Assembly (NCBI GenBank): GCA_964427855.1
Contig: CAYRVH010000001.1
Location: 21,649 to 85,648 of the forward strand
Direction of reading: 5' to 3'
Length of the DNA: 64,000 nucleotides
Source of the DNA: an uncultured Syntrophaceae bacterium
GTDB taxonomy: Bacteria > Desulfobacterota > Desulfomonilia > Desulfomonilales > Desulfomonilaceae
A program made the translations under genes and the position numbers. Within the stretch, counting starts at the first letter, position 1; each line of letters begins with the position of its first letter. Below are positions 62,857-64,000 of the stretch, one piece after another. A model generated the notes under the pieces. It was not told where the DNA came from and did no database searches. It worked only from the letters and a program-made list of their open reading frames with translations.

Positions 62857-64000
62857 TCATCGGCCTTGCACGAGATCGGCAAGCTTTTGTCCGAGATCCT
62901 TGAGATTCTGAGCGGCTGACTCCAATTGTCTTGTCCCATCCACGTTCTGCCTCATTGCTTGATCAATGCTGTCCATAGCCGAAGCGACCTGATCGATTCC
63001 CACCGCCTGTTGCTCGGCGGAGGCTACGATGACGGTCAATGCCTGTGAAGCTTCTTGCACGCTTTTGGTCACTGCTTGGATGGCGTGACCGGCTTCTTCT
63101 GACTGACTTACTCCGGACTCAACGGCCTTGCCGCCTTTTTCTGTGGCCATGACGACGCTGCTAATGGAATTCCGGATATCTTCGAGGATCGTCCGAACTT
63201 GGGTGGTAGCCTTTTTGGATTGGTCGGCAAAACTTTTGATCTCGTCAGCCACAACCGCAAAACCTTTGCCCTGCTCACCGGCGCGTGCTGCCTCGATGGA
63301 TGCATTGACGGCCAACAAATTCGATTGATCTGCCAGGTCCTTTACTGCATCTATGATGTCTTCTGTGGAGCGGCTTTGTTCGCTCAATTTGATTACCGTA
63401 TCTCCTATGGTTTGCATCTGAGATTTGATGAGGTCCATACCGCGGATAATTTCGTCAGTCGCCTGCTTGCCAGTGTGAGCTACCTGAAGGGATTTCCGAG
63501 AATCCTCAGACACTGCTCTCGCCTTTTCACTGGAGAGTTGTCCCGACTGACGAAGCTCTTCCAGCGTTGTGGTAGTCTGGCTCACCGCAGAAAGGGTCTG
63601 AGCGCTGCTCGAGGCAAGTTGCGAGACGGTCGCGGAGATTTGAGTTGCTGCCGAGGCCAAGACGTTGACGCCACCCATCAACGGATTCGATATGGCGCGA
63701 GCGGAAAAGTATGCTACCAGGATAGCGATGATTGCGAGTAAACCTCCAATGAGTATGATGCGATAACGCAACAGTGTGACCGATGCCAACACATCAGAAA
63801 CTTCAGCATCTCCCACAATCGTCCAATCAAATTCTGCCCCCAGTAAGGCGGTTTCATTCAAACCGACATGGGTGTATGAGATGAGAGACAACTCGCCTTT
63901 TTCGTCCGGCATGATGCCCGTTCCTGATTCGTGTCTGAGACTGGCCCGCGTGGCCTCGAAATCCATCTTCTTTTTTAATATCGTCGGGGTTGCTTCTCCC
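62857..64000 (-). CDS. Methyl-accepting chemotaxis protein, paralogue of the previous one, HAMP-less (5' end beyond window)
   Basis: The frame stays open to base 64000 ([19 protein letters not shown] aligns with [19 protein letters not shown] of the neighbour). Signalling hairpin [28 protein letters not shown]. Confidence 0.88.
   Translation of the reverse strand, partial: GEATPTILKKKMDFEATRASLRHESGTGIMPDEKGELSLISYTHVGLNETALLGAEFDWTIVGDAEVSDVLASVTLLRYRIILIGGLLAIIAILVAYFSARAISNPLMGGVNVLASAATQISATVSQLASSSAQTLSAVSQTTTTLEELRQSGQLSSEKARAVSEDSRKSLQVAHTGKQATDEIIRGMDLIKSQMQTIGDTVIKLSEQSRSTEDIIDAVKDLADQSNLLAVNASIEAARAGEQGKGFAVVADEIKSFADQSKKATTQVRTILEDIRNSISSVVMATEKGGKAVESGVSQSEEAGHAIQAVTKSVQEASQALTVIVASAEQQAVGIDQVASAMDSIDQAMRQNVDGTRQLESAAQNLKDLGQKLADLVQGR

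Overview
This 64-kb window looks like core chromosome of an anaerobic, deltaproteobacterium-like (Desulfobacterota-type) organism. That is an inference from gene content (desulfoferrodoxin, rubrerythrin, Roo-type flavodiiron protein, NfnAB, multihaem cytochrome, cytochrome bd), and no species can be named. No rRNA, tRNA, CRISPR array, transposase or phage gene was recognised.

Layout:
- 1-2.3 kb: HD/OB-fold nuclease-like gene and prfB with its programmed +1 frameshift.
- 2.3-17.2 kb: a long, almost uninterrupted minus-strand oxygen/ROS-defence island. It holds a glutaredoxin-like protein, orphan MFP, erythrin-like protein, tpx, cydAB, roo, rubredoxin, flavodoxin, Isf-like flavoprotein, an octahaem cytochrome with two exported thioredoxin-fold proteins, a CX4C rubredoxin, dfx, and perR-rbr.
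- 17.8-19.5 kb: adenine deaminase, flanked by repeat elements.
- 20.1-20.9 kb: a stretch with no convincing gene.
- 21-23.9 kb: a periplasmic thioredoxin/CcdA/MauE/DGC/Fe-S cluster.
- 24-32.4 kb: two paralogous membrane-anchored SGNH-like proteins bracketing an acyl-CoA dehydrogenase and nfnAB.
- 32.4-41.6 kb: a trpD relic, then the complete shikimate pathway plus pheA/tyrA in two tandem operons.
- 42.6-49.4 kb: a Ni/Co ECF transporter (cbiM-X-cbiQ-cbiO) divergent from a DUF4198/OMP operon.
- 49.5-54.5 kb: pilin, MBL hydrolase, nnr, coiled-coil lipoprotein.
- 54.7-64 kb: a chemosensory cluster (hybrid HK, cheB, cheA-REC, two tandem MCPs, the last running off the window).

Points most worth a second look:
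- A Tyr/Phe-rich leader ORF plus terminator/antiterminator in front of aroF-pheA-tyrA.
- A translationally coupled exported TlpA-like/peroxiredoxin/octahaem cytochrome module.
- Two families of hairpin-forming intergenic repeats. One inverted pair (90/91 nt identical core) brackets the 4.2-kb OMP/cbiM segment.
- The roughly 0.7-kb gene-ambiguous stretch behind a good promoter.
- A perfect 28-bp palindrome on the cbiM promoter.

Nothing here is an obvious new multi-gene system. All functional readings are inference from sequence alone.
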